The notes beneath the pieces were generated by a model, which was not told the origin of the DNA, made no database searches, and worked only from the letters and a program-made list of their open reading frames with translations. From Lytechinus pictus (lineage: Eukaryota), in NCBI RefSeq assembly GCF_037042905.1, contig NC_087251.1:38752001-38816000 (forward strand): 64,000 bases of DNA, in the 5' to 3' direction. The stretch's first letter is position 1, and each line of letters begins with the position of its first letter. Positions 49,107 to 60,800 of the stretch are shown piece after piece. The position numbers and the translations under genes are program-made.

Positions 49107-52100
49107 CTACATGGCATCTATTTTACTAGCAAATATTTGGAGCTGTTTGGCAACTTCTTTTGCTAGCTCATCCTTGCTGGCCTTGGGGTGTTTCTTGACA
49201 TAGTCTACTATTGCACCAATTGTTTCCGCCTGTGAAGGAAGAGAGAAAAACATATCGAACATAACCATCCAATCAGGCATGGATGTACAGTAGTGAGACC
49301 TGTTTTTTAGCAATCAAATGTATCTCAAAGGACCACATAACTAGAGAAAACGACAAATTTGGTTTCCTTTGAAAAGTACATTGTATTCCTTAATCAATTG
49401 AAATATGTGGTCCAGGAACCCGTTCATAAAGACCACTTCTCTTGTCTTTCTTGGGTGGTCTTTATATAAGGTTTCTCTGTATAAAGCCAAAACTATTTGT
49501 ACCGAGATATTATTTTGATAGCTTTTCCAGTGAAAAATGTAGAACAAGTCATTGTTTAATTTGAAATGAAGTTCAAATGGTTTATATTCCACATACTATT
49601 ATCTTGGCATACATGTTTGATATCACAATCCCCTTTGAGTTGTATTACATATGTAGCCGGTGCTTTGACAAATTATAGCAATGTGATATGTCAAGTTTAT
49701 TCAGATGCCTAAAACTATTTGTTTAAAAAATAAATTGTGTTCTTACCCGGTACGCTTCAATTTCATCCTGTCCGCTGAGTCTGTGCCACAGTTCATGTCC
49801 AACGCGAACGCCTGTGATGGTTTTGTACAGCGACTTTGCATCGTCTCCTTTATGTAGCCATGCTAGCAGACCAATCTAGTAAAGTTTATACCAAAAATAA
49901 ATTAAAATTCATTTATTTTGCATCTCTTAAAAAAAAAACAGGGTACAATACATAGTGAGTTAATGCAATAGAGTAAAAACAACAATGACAGTTGTACAAT
50001 TTAGACAAAAAATAACAAGAAAAAACATAATAATGAATGTAATGAATGGGATGTGCGGGAGTAACAAAAAGCAGTTGGCCTATCTAGGCTACTCCCTTTT
50101 TACATTCATTACTGATAATAAAACAAAACAATATCTTCCTATCAACTTTTTGAGATTGAAAACAAAGATCTCAAAATCAAACCAAATCAGTAGACTGGTA
50201 AAACAAAACAACAGCAATTAAACCAAATAATCAACAATAATGAAATAGAGGTCTAATTATTATTACAATGATAATTATTTATAATCAAGTTTCAAAATGT
50301 ATTATTTGTTAAATAATAATTTTGATCTATAAATTGTTCTTCAAGACGGCATTTTGTAACATCGCTTATCGAAGCTACTGGAACAATCTTCCCGAGTCAG
50401 TGGTAACTGCACCTAGTCTAAATACATTTAAAAGAACATTGGACATTCATTGGTCCAATCTTCACTATGTAGCACGTGATCCAACTCTTTAGCGTACCCT
50501 CAAAGCTGTATCGTCTGTATTTCCCTAAGAAGAAGCGACCGGAAGACTTACAGGACTACCTTCTCTTCCGTATATTGCTGATGCTGATGCTACGTCAAAA
50601 AAGAAGCGGTTCAAGACTATTTTATATGCGGTGTTTACGAATGGATCGAGGGATCTACACGAGATCGGTCTGGTAAGAAACCTCTCATTTTTCATATCTA
50701 TACTTTTCATATCTATACAAACAGATATTTTGCACCTTCATACACATTAGGCGTATGAAGGTGTGTAAAGTTAGATAAATACCATCCAACAAATTTACGT
50801 GATTTCTGACTTAAAAGATGGATTTCCTACTCCTACTAGGGAAATCCATGCGGGTGTATAATTAATAAGTCTCGTTTAGGCATGTTGGGGAGGGTGTCAA
50901 GGCTTCGTGTAGACCAAAAGCTTCAGTCTCTGTATTTTGGTTGTTCCGCTGAACTGCGTTGGCTCACTCACCAATACATAGACTGACGAGCTTGGAGGCC
51001 CGTACGTACAGACAACGTATTTTAGCAGTTACGTTAGATCTAACAGCGGAAACCCGATTTTCCCATCGTTTTTATGTACATAAAATGTCACATTATGAAA
51101 AAGAAATCACATCCATATTTACGAAAAAATGTTTAAAATTCAGAAATATCGTACCTTAGACCGCAGTTACTGCTAATTCCTTTCAAACGATGATCGAAAC
51201 ACCGTCATCTTCGATCCTTTCGTTGGTCAACGTAAGTTGCCATCTTGGACGAGACGTCATCATCCTTACAGACGTATTTACCAGTCGCTATATATCGCGA
51301 TTTGTGCCGCTGCTTTGCGCTTGTACATGTAGATGTGCGTGCGTTCGGAACTTGTCGCTCGCATTGATTGGCCAAGATATCGAAAATTTAATCGGAAAGC
51401 CTTGATAAAAGCACAACTCGTTGACGGCTGCCATATTTTCCTCTCCGGCAGAAAATTAAAAAATAAGGAATAACTCATCGGTAACGTATATTTTCAATAT
51501 TTTATAGATTTTACATCATATCAATAGAAAGATTAGACTTAGAGTCTAAAGAAAATAGTGGGCCTTCGTTCAAGATAATATAATGTCATTTAGAATCTAA
51601 AAGAAATGAAAAATCTGGACAAAACCCACCCTCCAAATTGTCGAGCCAGATTACACATGCAGGCTCGCACTAACACACTACCGTCGGTAAATGGAGATTA
51701 TAGTAAAATGTCAGAAATTGTTGAATAAATCCCCAGAAACGACGGTTATTCCTGTCTAGGCTTCGTGATGAAAAAGCATATGTCATAATATAAAAAAAAA
51801 CATCATTACAAAGTCCTCAAGGTAGTGGCAGCCTATGGTTACCTTCTGGGCTCCGGCCCGCATCGCGGACTGGAGCTCTCTGGCCGGGTTAACTGCACAA
51901 CAGCAGCTAGGCCACCACCTCAGGTAAGCTTGTAACCGATTTTGCAATCGGCAACCGATTCCATTCGATTTCACCACAATCGGCAATCACTTGCCGATCT
52001 TCGATCATGCCCCTTGAAGGAAAAAATCGAAAATAAAAAATCGGCGTAGATCTGGTTACAGTGCGTGATCGCTCAGAACATATTTCAAGATTGTTTTTGA

Positions 52101-55100
52101 GGTGCTAGCTATTTAGAGGTCGCATTATTCAGGGAGAAAGTCGCGGTACCGGTATTATCTATGGCAATGTTTAAGGGAATAGATATCTTCTCTTCCAACT
52201 CATGGTGATAGCGGATGCCGCCGTGAACTTTGAAAGGTCGTATTACCGACGGAGCTCACTGCGTTACTCTCTTACATCGTTTATGATTATATACATTTTA
52301 TTTTCAACCTCGTGGTGATAGCGGATGCCGTCGTGAACTTTGAAAGGTCGTATTACCGACGGAGCTCACTGCGCTACTCTCTTACCCCCTTTATAATGAT
52401 ATAAATCTTCTCTTCAACCTCGTGGTGATAGCGGACCCCGCCATTAACTTTTAAAGACTGTACTATTGACGGAGCTTATTGCGTTGCTCTCTTACATCGT
52501 TTATGATGATATTCATTTTATTTTCAACCTCGTGGTGATAGCGGAAGCCGCCGTGAACTTTGAAAGGTCATATTACCGACGGAGCTCACTGCGCTACTCT
52601 CTTACATCGTTTATAATGATATAAATCTTCTCTTCAACCTCGTGGTGATAGCGGACCCCGCCAGAAAATTTTAAAGACTGTACTATTGACGGAGCTTATT
52701 GCGTTACTCTCTTACATCATTTATGATGATATTCATTTTATTTTCAACCTCGTGGTGATAGCGGAAGCCGCCGTGAACTTTGAAAGGTCGTATTACCGAC
52801 GGAGCTCACTGCGCTACTCTCTTACATCGTTTATAATGATATAAATCTTCTCTTCAACCTCGTGGTGATAGCGGACCCCGCCAGAAACTTTTAAAGACTG
52901 TACTATTGACGGAGCTTATTGCGTTACTCTCTTACATCGTTTATGATGATATACATTTTATTTTCAACCTCGTGGTGATAGCGGATGCCGCCGTGAACTT
53001 TGAAAGGTCGTACTATTGACGGAGCTCATTGCGTTACTCTCTTACATCGTTTATGATGATTTTTCATTTTATTTTCAACCTCGTGGTGATAGCAGACCCC
53101 GCCGTGAACTTTTAAAGATCGTGCTACTGACGGAGCTTATTGCGTTACTCTCTTACATCGTTTATAATGATATACATTTTATTTTCAACCTCGTGGTGAT
53201 AGCGGATGCCGCCGTGAACTTTGAAAGGTCGTACTATTGACGGAGCCCATTGCGTTACTCTCTTACATCGTTTATGATGATTTACATTTTATTTTCAACC
53301 TCGTGGTGATAGCGGACCCCGCCGTGAACTTTTAAAGATCGTACTATTGACGGAGCTTATTGCGTTACTCTCTTACATCGTTTATGATGATTTTTCATTT
53401 TATTTTCAACCTCGTGGTGATAGCGGACCCCGCCGTGAACTTTTAAAGATCGTGCTACTGACGGAGCTTATTGCGTTACTCTCTTACATCGTTTATAATG
53501 ATATACATTTTATTTTCAACCTCGTGGTGATAGCGGATGCCGCCGTGAACTTTGAAAGGTCGTACTATTGACGGAGCTCATTGCGTTACTCTCTTACATC
53601 GTTTATGATGATTTACATTTTATTTTCAACCTCGTGGTGATAGCGGACCCCGCCGTGAACTTTTAAATATCGTGCTACTGACGGAGCTTATTGCGTTACT
53701 CTCTTACATCGTTTATGATGATATTCATTTTATTTTCAACCTCGTGGTGATAGCGGAAGCCGCCGTGAACTTTGAAAGGTCGTATTACCGACGGAGCTCA
53801 CTGCGCTAATCTCTTACATCGTTTATAATGATATACATTTTATTTTCAACCTCGTGGTGATAGCGGATGCCGCCGTGAACTTTGAAAGGTCGTACTATTG
53901 ACGGAGCCCATTGCGTTACTCTCTTACATCGTTTATGATGATTTACATTTTATTTTCAACCTCGTGGTGATAGCGGACCCCGCCGTGAACTTTTAAAGAT
54001 CGTACTATTGACGGAGCTTATTGCGTTACTCTCTTACATTGTTTATGATGATTTTTCATTTTATTTTCAACCTCGTGGTGATAGCGGACCCCGCCGTGAC
54101 CTTTTAAAGATCGTGCTACTGACGGAGCTTCTTGCGTTACTCTCTTACATCGTTTATAATGATATACATTTTATTTTCAACCTCGTGGTGATAGCGGATG
54201 CCGCCGTGAACTTTGAAAGGTCGTACTATTGACGGAGCCCATTGCGTTACTCTCTTACATCGTTTATGATGATTTACATTTTATTTTCAACCTCGTGGTG
54301 ATAGCGGACCCCGCCGTGAACTTTTAAAGATCGTGCTATTGACGGAGCTTATTGCGTTACTCTCTTACATCGTTTATGATGATATTCATTTTATTTTCAA
54401 CCTCGTGGTGATAGCGGAAGCCGCCGTGAACTTTGAAAGGTCGTATTACCGACGGAGCTCACTGCGCTAATCTCTTACATCGTTTATAATGATATACATT
54501 TTATTTTCAACCTCGTGGTGATAGCGGATGCCGCCGTGAACTTTGAAAGGTCGTACTATTGACGGAGCCCATTGCGTTACTCTCTTACATCGTTTATGAT
54601 GATTTACATTTTATTTTCAACCTCGTGGTGATAGCGGACCCCGCCGTGAACTTTTAAAGATCGTGCTACTGACGGAGCTCACTGCGCTACTCTCTTACCC
54701 CCTTTATGATGATAGACATCTTCTCTTCAACCTCGTGGTGATAGCGGACCCCGCCGTGAACTTCAAATTGATTTGAAAACGCTAGCTACCCAAAACATTT
54801 TAATAACATATTTCAAATCATCGTGTGTGCTTGCGTCGTCTACTTCATTTTAATTGCACTTGCGACTTTAAGATGATGCGTCGTAAGAGATCATTCCAAT
54901 AATTCTAAATCGCTAGCACCTAAAAATACTTCTAAAAGATGTCCCGCCGATCGTTCATTAACCTGTGATCTATGAGAAATATTTTCATTTTATTTTCCTT
55001 TGCGCCTTTGCTCGGAAGATGCGTCTTTCGTTTATCTTTCTAATAAAAATCACTCGGTTTATTTTAAAGCAATAACACCTCAAAACCCCTGGCTTTAAAA

Positions 55101-56421
55101 CATGTTCCAAACGATCGCGCATGTTGGCGACTTCCATTCCAATGCATTCGTCTTTGTGACTTTGTCAGGAAGATGCGCGCGACCGCGAACAACATTTTGA
55201 TGTATTCCTTTGTTTTTAAACATCGCCGATTCGATTTTCGATTCGATTTCGATTTTAGAAGCTTAACTGCCGATCCGATTTTCGATCTGATTTTTGATCC
55301 GATTTACAACATTAACCTCAGGTGGTGTTCGTGCAGGCTCCACTCCACTTCACTACCGCTACACTACGCTCCACCTACCCGAACATCGGGACCGTGAACC
55401 ATTTCGGATATACCGAGTCACAAAGGTGGGATGGCAATCATGATAATCATAAAAATTAAACAAAAAAAATATAACGAAAAAGATGATTGACTTAATAATA
55501 TATCTTACTCTACATTCGTATTTCACTCCGTTTCCATCCTCCGGTTATCCTCAAAATTGGTGATTTTGGGCCAGTATCTTTCTCCTCACACGTATTATTC
55601 ACAGCCGATTTCAAATCATGGCATGCGATCCCGATCGGTTTGACCTGCGACCGATCGCGATCGCATGCGATGATTTGAAATCGGCCGTGAATAATACGTG
55701 TGAGGAGAAAGATACTGGCCCAAAATCATCAATTTTGAGGATAACCGGAGGATGGACACGGAGTGAAATATTATGGGTGTAGAGTAAGATATTAAGTCAT
55801 TCATATCGCTCGTTATATTTTTTTTGTTTAATTTTTACGATAACCATGATTGCTATCCCACCTTTTATGACTCGGAATATCCGATCAAGTTCACTGTCCC
55901 AATGTTTGGGTAGGTGGAGCGCACTCACACGTATTGCAAGGTTAGTGTTTGTATACTAACCTCGCACCACGAACCGTGTTTGGCAGTGGATTTCTGACTA
56001 AGTGGGTCGCGCGTGCTGGGATCTCACTTCTTGGCTTGGCCTGGGTCCACAACACACGACTTCTATGGCTTGAATTTTCTGTGCGCGGCGGCATGTAATG
56101 AACCCTTGGGTGGGTGGAGCTGGAGCGTAGCCGTAGTGTAGCGGTAGTGAAGTGGAGTGGAGCCTGCACGAACATCGCCTGAGGTGTTCTAGGCCACCAA
56201 CTCACCAATGTTGCCGAAAGTTCCCGGGGAACGCACTGGTGGTGCTACTGCTAGCTATCTCCGACAGCTCAGCCACGCCCGCAAATTTGGTAAATGACTT
56301 TACATAAAGTAGCCTAGGCTATAGCCTACAGCAAATAATGTCATTAAAAAATTAATAATATCATACAAACCTGCTGAACTAAGTCTCCATTATCTAGACG
56401 GAACGACTTGGGTAACTCCAT
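49107..56421 (-). CDS. Uncharacterised 100-aa protein, three exons (56421-56371, 49875-49747, 49229-49107): MELPKSFRLDNGDLVQQ|IGLLAWLHKGDDAKSLYKTITGVRVGHELWHRLSGQDEIEAYR|AETIGAIVDYVKKHPKASKDELAKEVAKQLQIFASKIDAM*
   Basis: GT-AG introns (CAG|gtttgt, actAG|ATT, CGG|gtaaga, cacAG|GCG), all phase 0, exon lengths 51/129/123 nt, no internal stops, protein-like helical composition. Exon 1 is the least certain; there is an alternative in-frame ATG at 56427. Confidence 0.72.
50335..50720 (+). mobile_element. CR1/L2-group LINE 3' end (ORF2 C-terminus, 3'UTR, short repeat tail)
   Basis: WNNLPESVVTAPSLNTFKRTLDIHW...stop; ends in a duplicated TTTTCATATCTATAC. Confidence 0.7.
50910..51419 (-). repeat. Promoter-like dispersed repeat, copy 2 (inverted relative to 7070-7669)
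   Basis: Reverse-complement match including CCAAT, CAAGATGGC and the donor CTAAG|GTACG at 51155. Confidence 0.85.
51923..55317. mobile_element. Harbinger-like non-autonomous element carrying a 110-bp satellite
   Basis: Imperfect TIRs GGTAAGCTTGTAA / TTACAACATTAACC; TCA duplicated at 51920-51922 and 55318-55320; CGAT-rich subterminal motifs; inner inverted similarity 52048-52120 vs 54904-54970. Confidence 0.55.
52196..54763. repeat. Tandem array of 110/111-bp units (23 full plus one partial)
   Basis: Each unit starts CAACCTCGTGGTGATAGCGG; counted at 52196, 52305, 52415 ... 54618, 54728. Confidence 0.95.
55321..56185. mobile_element. Foldback MITE with ~320-bp inverted arms; its left tip is displaced to 51917-51922
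   Basis: 55321-55640 is the reverse complement of 55649-55920 plus 56107-56185; about 190 bp extra in the right arm; ACCTCAGG/CCTGAGGT termini. Confidence 0.85.
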
Positions 56422-57185
56422 GATCATCAAGCAAATAAATACAACCTTAGTTTCAGTAGTTTGTCTGTCAGTTGATGTTTTTTTTCTATTTGTGTTCTTC
56501 AATTCGGTGGAGCTAAAAATAAAGATGACGACAGAAAAAACAGCTTTGCTAAGGTGTCTTTGAAAGCTGCTGCACTAGTTTTTCGTTTCCATCGATACTT
56601 TTACCATGGACCTTTGCTAGTAGGTCCATGCTTTTACGGCCAATTAATTAACTGCCCAATTATTGCGTGAAAATTCGAATTAATATCTCTGCATTTACAT
56701 GAGCAGGGGCGGATGCAGGATTTTTGGTATGCCGGATTTTTTAAAAGGGGGTTACATTTTCCCGAGGAAAATTTTGAAAAAGCCAAAAAAAAAAAAAAAG
56801 GGAAGGGAAGGTTTTTGTTTTTCACCTACTGAAATTTTAGGTCTTTTCATCACGGGCCGGCTGTGACCCCCCCCCCCCCCTGGATCCGCCACTATACATG
56901 ATCGAGGATATAAAAGAGCATGGCGTGTTAATGACCTGAAAAAACTTGCCAGGGGAGCGGCGAGTAATAATAAAATTTCAAAGAGGCCGCGATCAGCAAA
57001 TTTGCCACTTGTAAAATGAAAATACAAATTTTGTGATATAGTTTAAATTAATAAATGAATACCATACTATATTTCACATTTTCCCTTCCCGCCTTGTTTC
57101 CTTTTCTGCTTCTTAATTTTTCTTGGTCGTTGAACTTGTGTTTATGGATTGGCAACTACTAAAGATCGGCGCATTTTTATTATTG

Positions 57186-57436
57186 CACTGCAAAAACTCC
57201 GGTGTTGATTTAACACCAGCCCGGAATCTACATCTGTCCACACCAGAGAAGTATTGAAATAACACGAGTTTGGAATTAAACCGCGATGCTGTTTTAATAC
57301 TTATTGGTGTTGTATAAACACATATCTGGTGTTAGACCAAAACCAAACTGGTGTTGTTTTAGCACTTAATTCACTGCATGATGTGGACATATAGATTCCG
57401 GGCTGGTGTTAAATCAACACCGGAGTTTTTGCAGTG
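57186..57436. mobile_element. EnSpm/CACTA-like MITE
   Basis: Perfect ~45-bp TIR CACTGCAAAAACTCCGGTGTTGATTTAACACCAGCCCGGAATCTA; 2-bp TG on both flanks. Confidence 0.8.
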
Positions 57437-57451
57437 TGTTATCATTATTGT

Positions 57452-57486
57452 TACTACTCCTAAACTACTATACTATACTATAACAG

Positions 57487-57524
<38 letters not shown>

Positions 57525-57550
57525 TACTACTACTACTACTACTACTACTA

Positions 57551-57582
<32 letters not shown>

Positions 57583-57596
57583 TACTACTACTACTA

Positions 57597-57628
<32 letters not shown>

Positions 57629-57705
57629 TTCTACTACTACTACTACTACTACTAGTACTCTACTACTACTACTGCTACTACTACTACTACTACTCACTAC
57701 TACCA
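57452..57705. repeat. (TAC)n microsatellite, interrupted
   Basis: Direct inspection. Confidence 0.97.
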
Positions 57706-58539
57706 TCATCATCGTAATCATACCACTTTCAGGACTTGGATTATTTTGACATTCTAATTGAACATAAATATAATATACAGGCGCGGATCCAGCCGTATAG
57801 GGAAGGGGCCCAAATTTGACCTGATTTTGGTGCCTCTGTATATTCTTTTCGAAAAATGGCGCCACTCGATATCCCTCCCTGCCAAGCAAACATAAGTGCC
57901 TTCAAATGCCGATGTTGAATTAGCTTATTTCATATTCACATTATAAAGGCAATTTAAGACCACTTTTATTTTAATGTGCTCATGAAGGAAAATAATCCAT
58001 TAATTAATGTTATATATCACCTTTTTTAAATGAATGCCCTTGGGGTTTCTATTTCGTTTAACCTCTCACCATGCAGAGACTACTATAATTGTGTGAGCGG
58101 GAGCTGTATCTTATAGCCGTTTAGAATATAGCCTTAATTAATAATATTATTAATAACCCCTTGGGAATAATGCAATCTCGAAGGCAATCGACTAATCATG
58201 ACAATCTCCTCATTCAGTGGTGTAGCTGGGGTTTGTTCAGCAGGGAACCACGAGGGGGGCCTTGTGAAATTTTGTAGGGGGCACCAAGAAAAAAAAGAAG
58301 AAGAAATTGGTGTGGGGGTATAGACCGGAGTTCAAGAAAATCTGTTCTAAAAATACAGTGAGGCATTTCACAAGGCCTAAATAAATAATGCGAACAGAAA
58401 GCGCGATCTGATTTTTTTATTTTCATGTATTTTATCCTGAAAGCTTAATTAGTTGTTATGATTAACACGATGCATATCTAATTTTTTTAATGAATGTGAG
58501 CGCGAAGCGCGAGCTGAATTTTATTTTATTTTAAATTTC

Positions 58540-58980
58540 CACAATAACAGCAAGTAAATACATATTTTACATCACAACATATTAATGGAAAAGATACAAT
58601 TCAAAGTACATATAAAACAGTATTCGTGAAAACAGTACATTGATGATGATCAGACAACAAAAACACCCTTCAGTTAAATTTTTTCATTGTAACGATTAAT
58701 TAAGTTTGAGTTTGCGTTTGAAAGTAAATAAGCTTGGTGAGTTCTTTATATACTCATCCAGAGAATAAATGAGGACCAGTGTAAATGAACAAAGAAAGGC
58801 AAAATGATGATATAATTGTCTTGTGGAATAGCTATGGAAATGATCATTTTTTGGTAATTAATAAACTTAGATGGGTTGGCAATTCACCGCGATTTAATCA
58901 GTACATAAAACAGCCAAGACGAAGGTGATATAAGTAATTTATTTTCAAAATTTTATTAGAATAAAAAAGCTCATCTGTGT
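58540..58980 (-). mobile_element. Degenerate L2/Crack-group LINE 3' fragment
   Basis: Minus strand ELFYSNKILKINYLYHLRLGCFMY, HSYSTR, SLDEYIKNSPSLFTFKRKLK. Confidence 0.6.
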
Positions 58981-59744
58981 GAGCTTAATCTTCGTGATTT
59001 AGAATTCGATCTTATCATACGCTTTTGAATTAGCAATAGTCTGTCCAAATAAATTCTAGAAGAGTTACTCCAATAATTATGAAATCAAGGGCATTTTCGG
59101 TTGTCAGGTTAGAATATCAAAAAAAATCTGCTCGCGCTTATCGTTCGCATAAAAACTGTCATGCATGACAGGATATACGTATATAACTAAACAATTGATG
59201 AGAGCGCGAAGCACCGAGCTGATTTTTTTTTTCAATTACCTAGCTGGCAACTGAAAACTTCAAGCATGTTTTAAAATAAACAAATTGTTAAGAGAATACG
59301 TAGGCCTATTTCACTAATAATGAGAATTCAAAGCAAGAGCTAAATATTTTAAGTTATCATGAACAGAATACATATCTAACGCCCATCTAACGATAAAATG
59401 CAATGCAATTCTTATGTGCATGCAAGTAAAAAAAAAACATACTCAGGAGCAGATCTAGCTTTCGCCAATGGGGGGGGGGGGGGGATTGGCAGAATAATAT
59501 TTTCATTTACATTTTGCCCGAATGGCCGCCAAAAGCTTATTTTATTGATTGATTGATTTTTTTTTTTTTTTTGGGGGGGGGGTATTCCTCTCAAAAGACT
59601 GATGTTTTAACATCAGGGCCCTGTTGCATAAAAATTTATGTCATAATGACATAAATTTCGATCTTGACATAAAATCATGCATAGCTTATGCCGTTGACAT
59701 AAATTCCGTTGCATAAAAATATATACCGTCCAGTAGGTTACAGC

Positions 59745-59902
59745 CCGATAGACCGCGGGTCCGATAGTCCGCGGGTCCGATAGACCGCGGGTCCGATAGA
59801 CCGCGGGTCCGATAGTCCGGGGGTCCGATTGACCGCGGGTCCGATAGACCGCGGGTCCGATAGTCCGCGGGTCCGATAGACCGCGGGTCCGATAGTCCGC
59901 GG
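59745..59902. repeat. 16-bp minisatellite CCGATAG(A/T)CCGCGGGT, about 10 copies
   Basis: Direct inspection. Confidence 0.95.
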
Positions 59903-60108
59903 TGTGTGTAAAATTATGATCAGGATATAGTGAGATCCAATGTCATCAAGAGGTCAAAAGGCCAATGATACGAGTCCATGGGGTTCTATAACGATGACCC
60001 AACGGACAATCGCCCCCTGACATCTACTTCAAGGAAAATATTATCCCCATATTTTTATCGTCAGGGATTGTTACCCCCCCCCCGGAAATTTACCCTCTAG
60101 ACGCCATA

Positions 60109-60800
60109 CGGAGCCTCTAAAATGCCATCGACTTGACGACATGGCGAGATACTTTACCTTGCCTTGTCGACTAAATAAGCTTATTATGTCCACATGGCGC
60201 GATACGTTATCCTGCCAAGTCAGTCCACTTATAAAAAGTTATATGGCGAGATATTTTATCTTGCCATGCAAGTCGACTTAAATAAGTTACATGTCAACAT
60301 GGCGATATATCGGGACTTGTACACTTCATATCTCGCCATGTGGACATATCGACTTGACAAGATAGAATATATAGCTATGTCGAAATAATAAGCGTATTAA
60401 TTACTTAGGCGGTGGAAGCGGGGGGGGGGGGGACCTTTCCCCCATAAATTTGAGGTGGGGGACGGTCCCCCCTAGATTTTTAGTTGAGAACCCTTTTTTT
60501 GGTTGTCAATTTGTTTTCTACGTCCCCCCCCCCTAAATTGAGGTGGACCCCCACTAAAAAAATTTTGCCAACCCCCCCCCCTAATTTTGGTTGATAACCT
60601 TTTTTTTCTTGTCAAAACATTTTGGTGGTCCCTCCTATAAATTTTGGTTGATTTGCTTGTCAAATTTTTTACCTGTGTCCATCCCAAAATTTCAGGTGGA
60701 CCCCCTATTTTTTTTTCTTCCGCCGCCAATGATTAATTAAGATATGGCAAGATAAAGTACCACGCCATGTCGTCACGTTGATGGCATTTTCAAGGCTCCG
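60109..60800. mobile_element. TA-flanked MITE with a nested insert at about 60406-60728
   Basis: TA|CGGAGCCTCTAAAATGCCATCGAC...GTTGATGGCATTTTCAAGGCTCCG|TA; inner GGCGGTGGAAG...CTTCCGCCGCC. Confidence 0.7.

Noticed and set aside
50476..50710. Short ORFs as additional exons of the small minus-strand gene
   Set aside because: They fall in the 3'UTR of a CR1/L2-type LINE fragment, and no suitable minus-strand splice sites were found.
7070..51419. A giant 44-kb transposon with the two inverted repeats as TIRs, capturing both genes
   Set aside because: Exon 1 of the small gene (and probably that of GALNT7) lies outside, no TSD is visible, and the copies are clearly diverged with indels.
52196..54763. 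CRISPR-like array, or repeated 74-aa ORFs
   Set aside because: The whole 110-bp unit repeats with no unique spacers, there are no cas genes and the context is eukaryotic. The ORFs start at TTG and are by-products of the satellite.
57378..57889. Poly-L/Y/T and poly-S/V ORFs
   Set aside because: Translations of the (TAC)n microsatellite.
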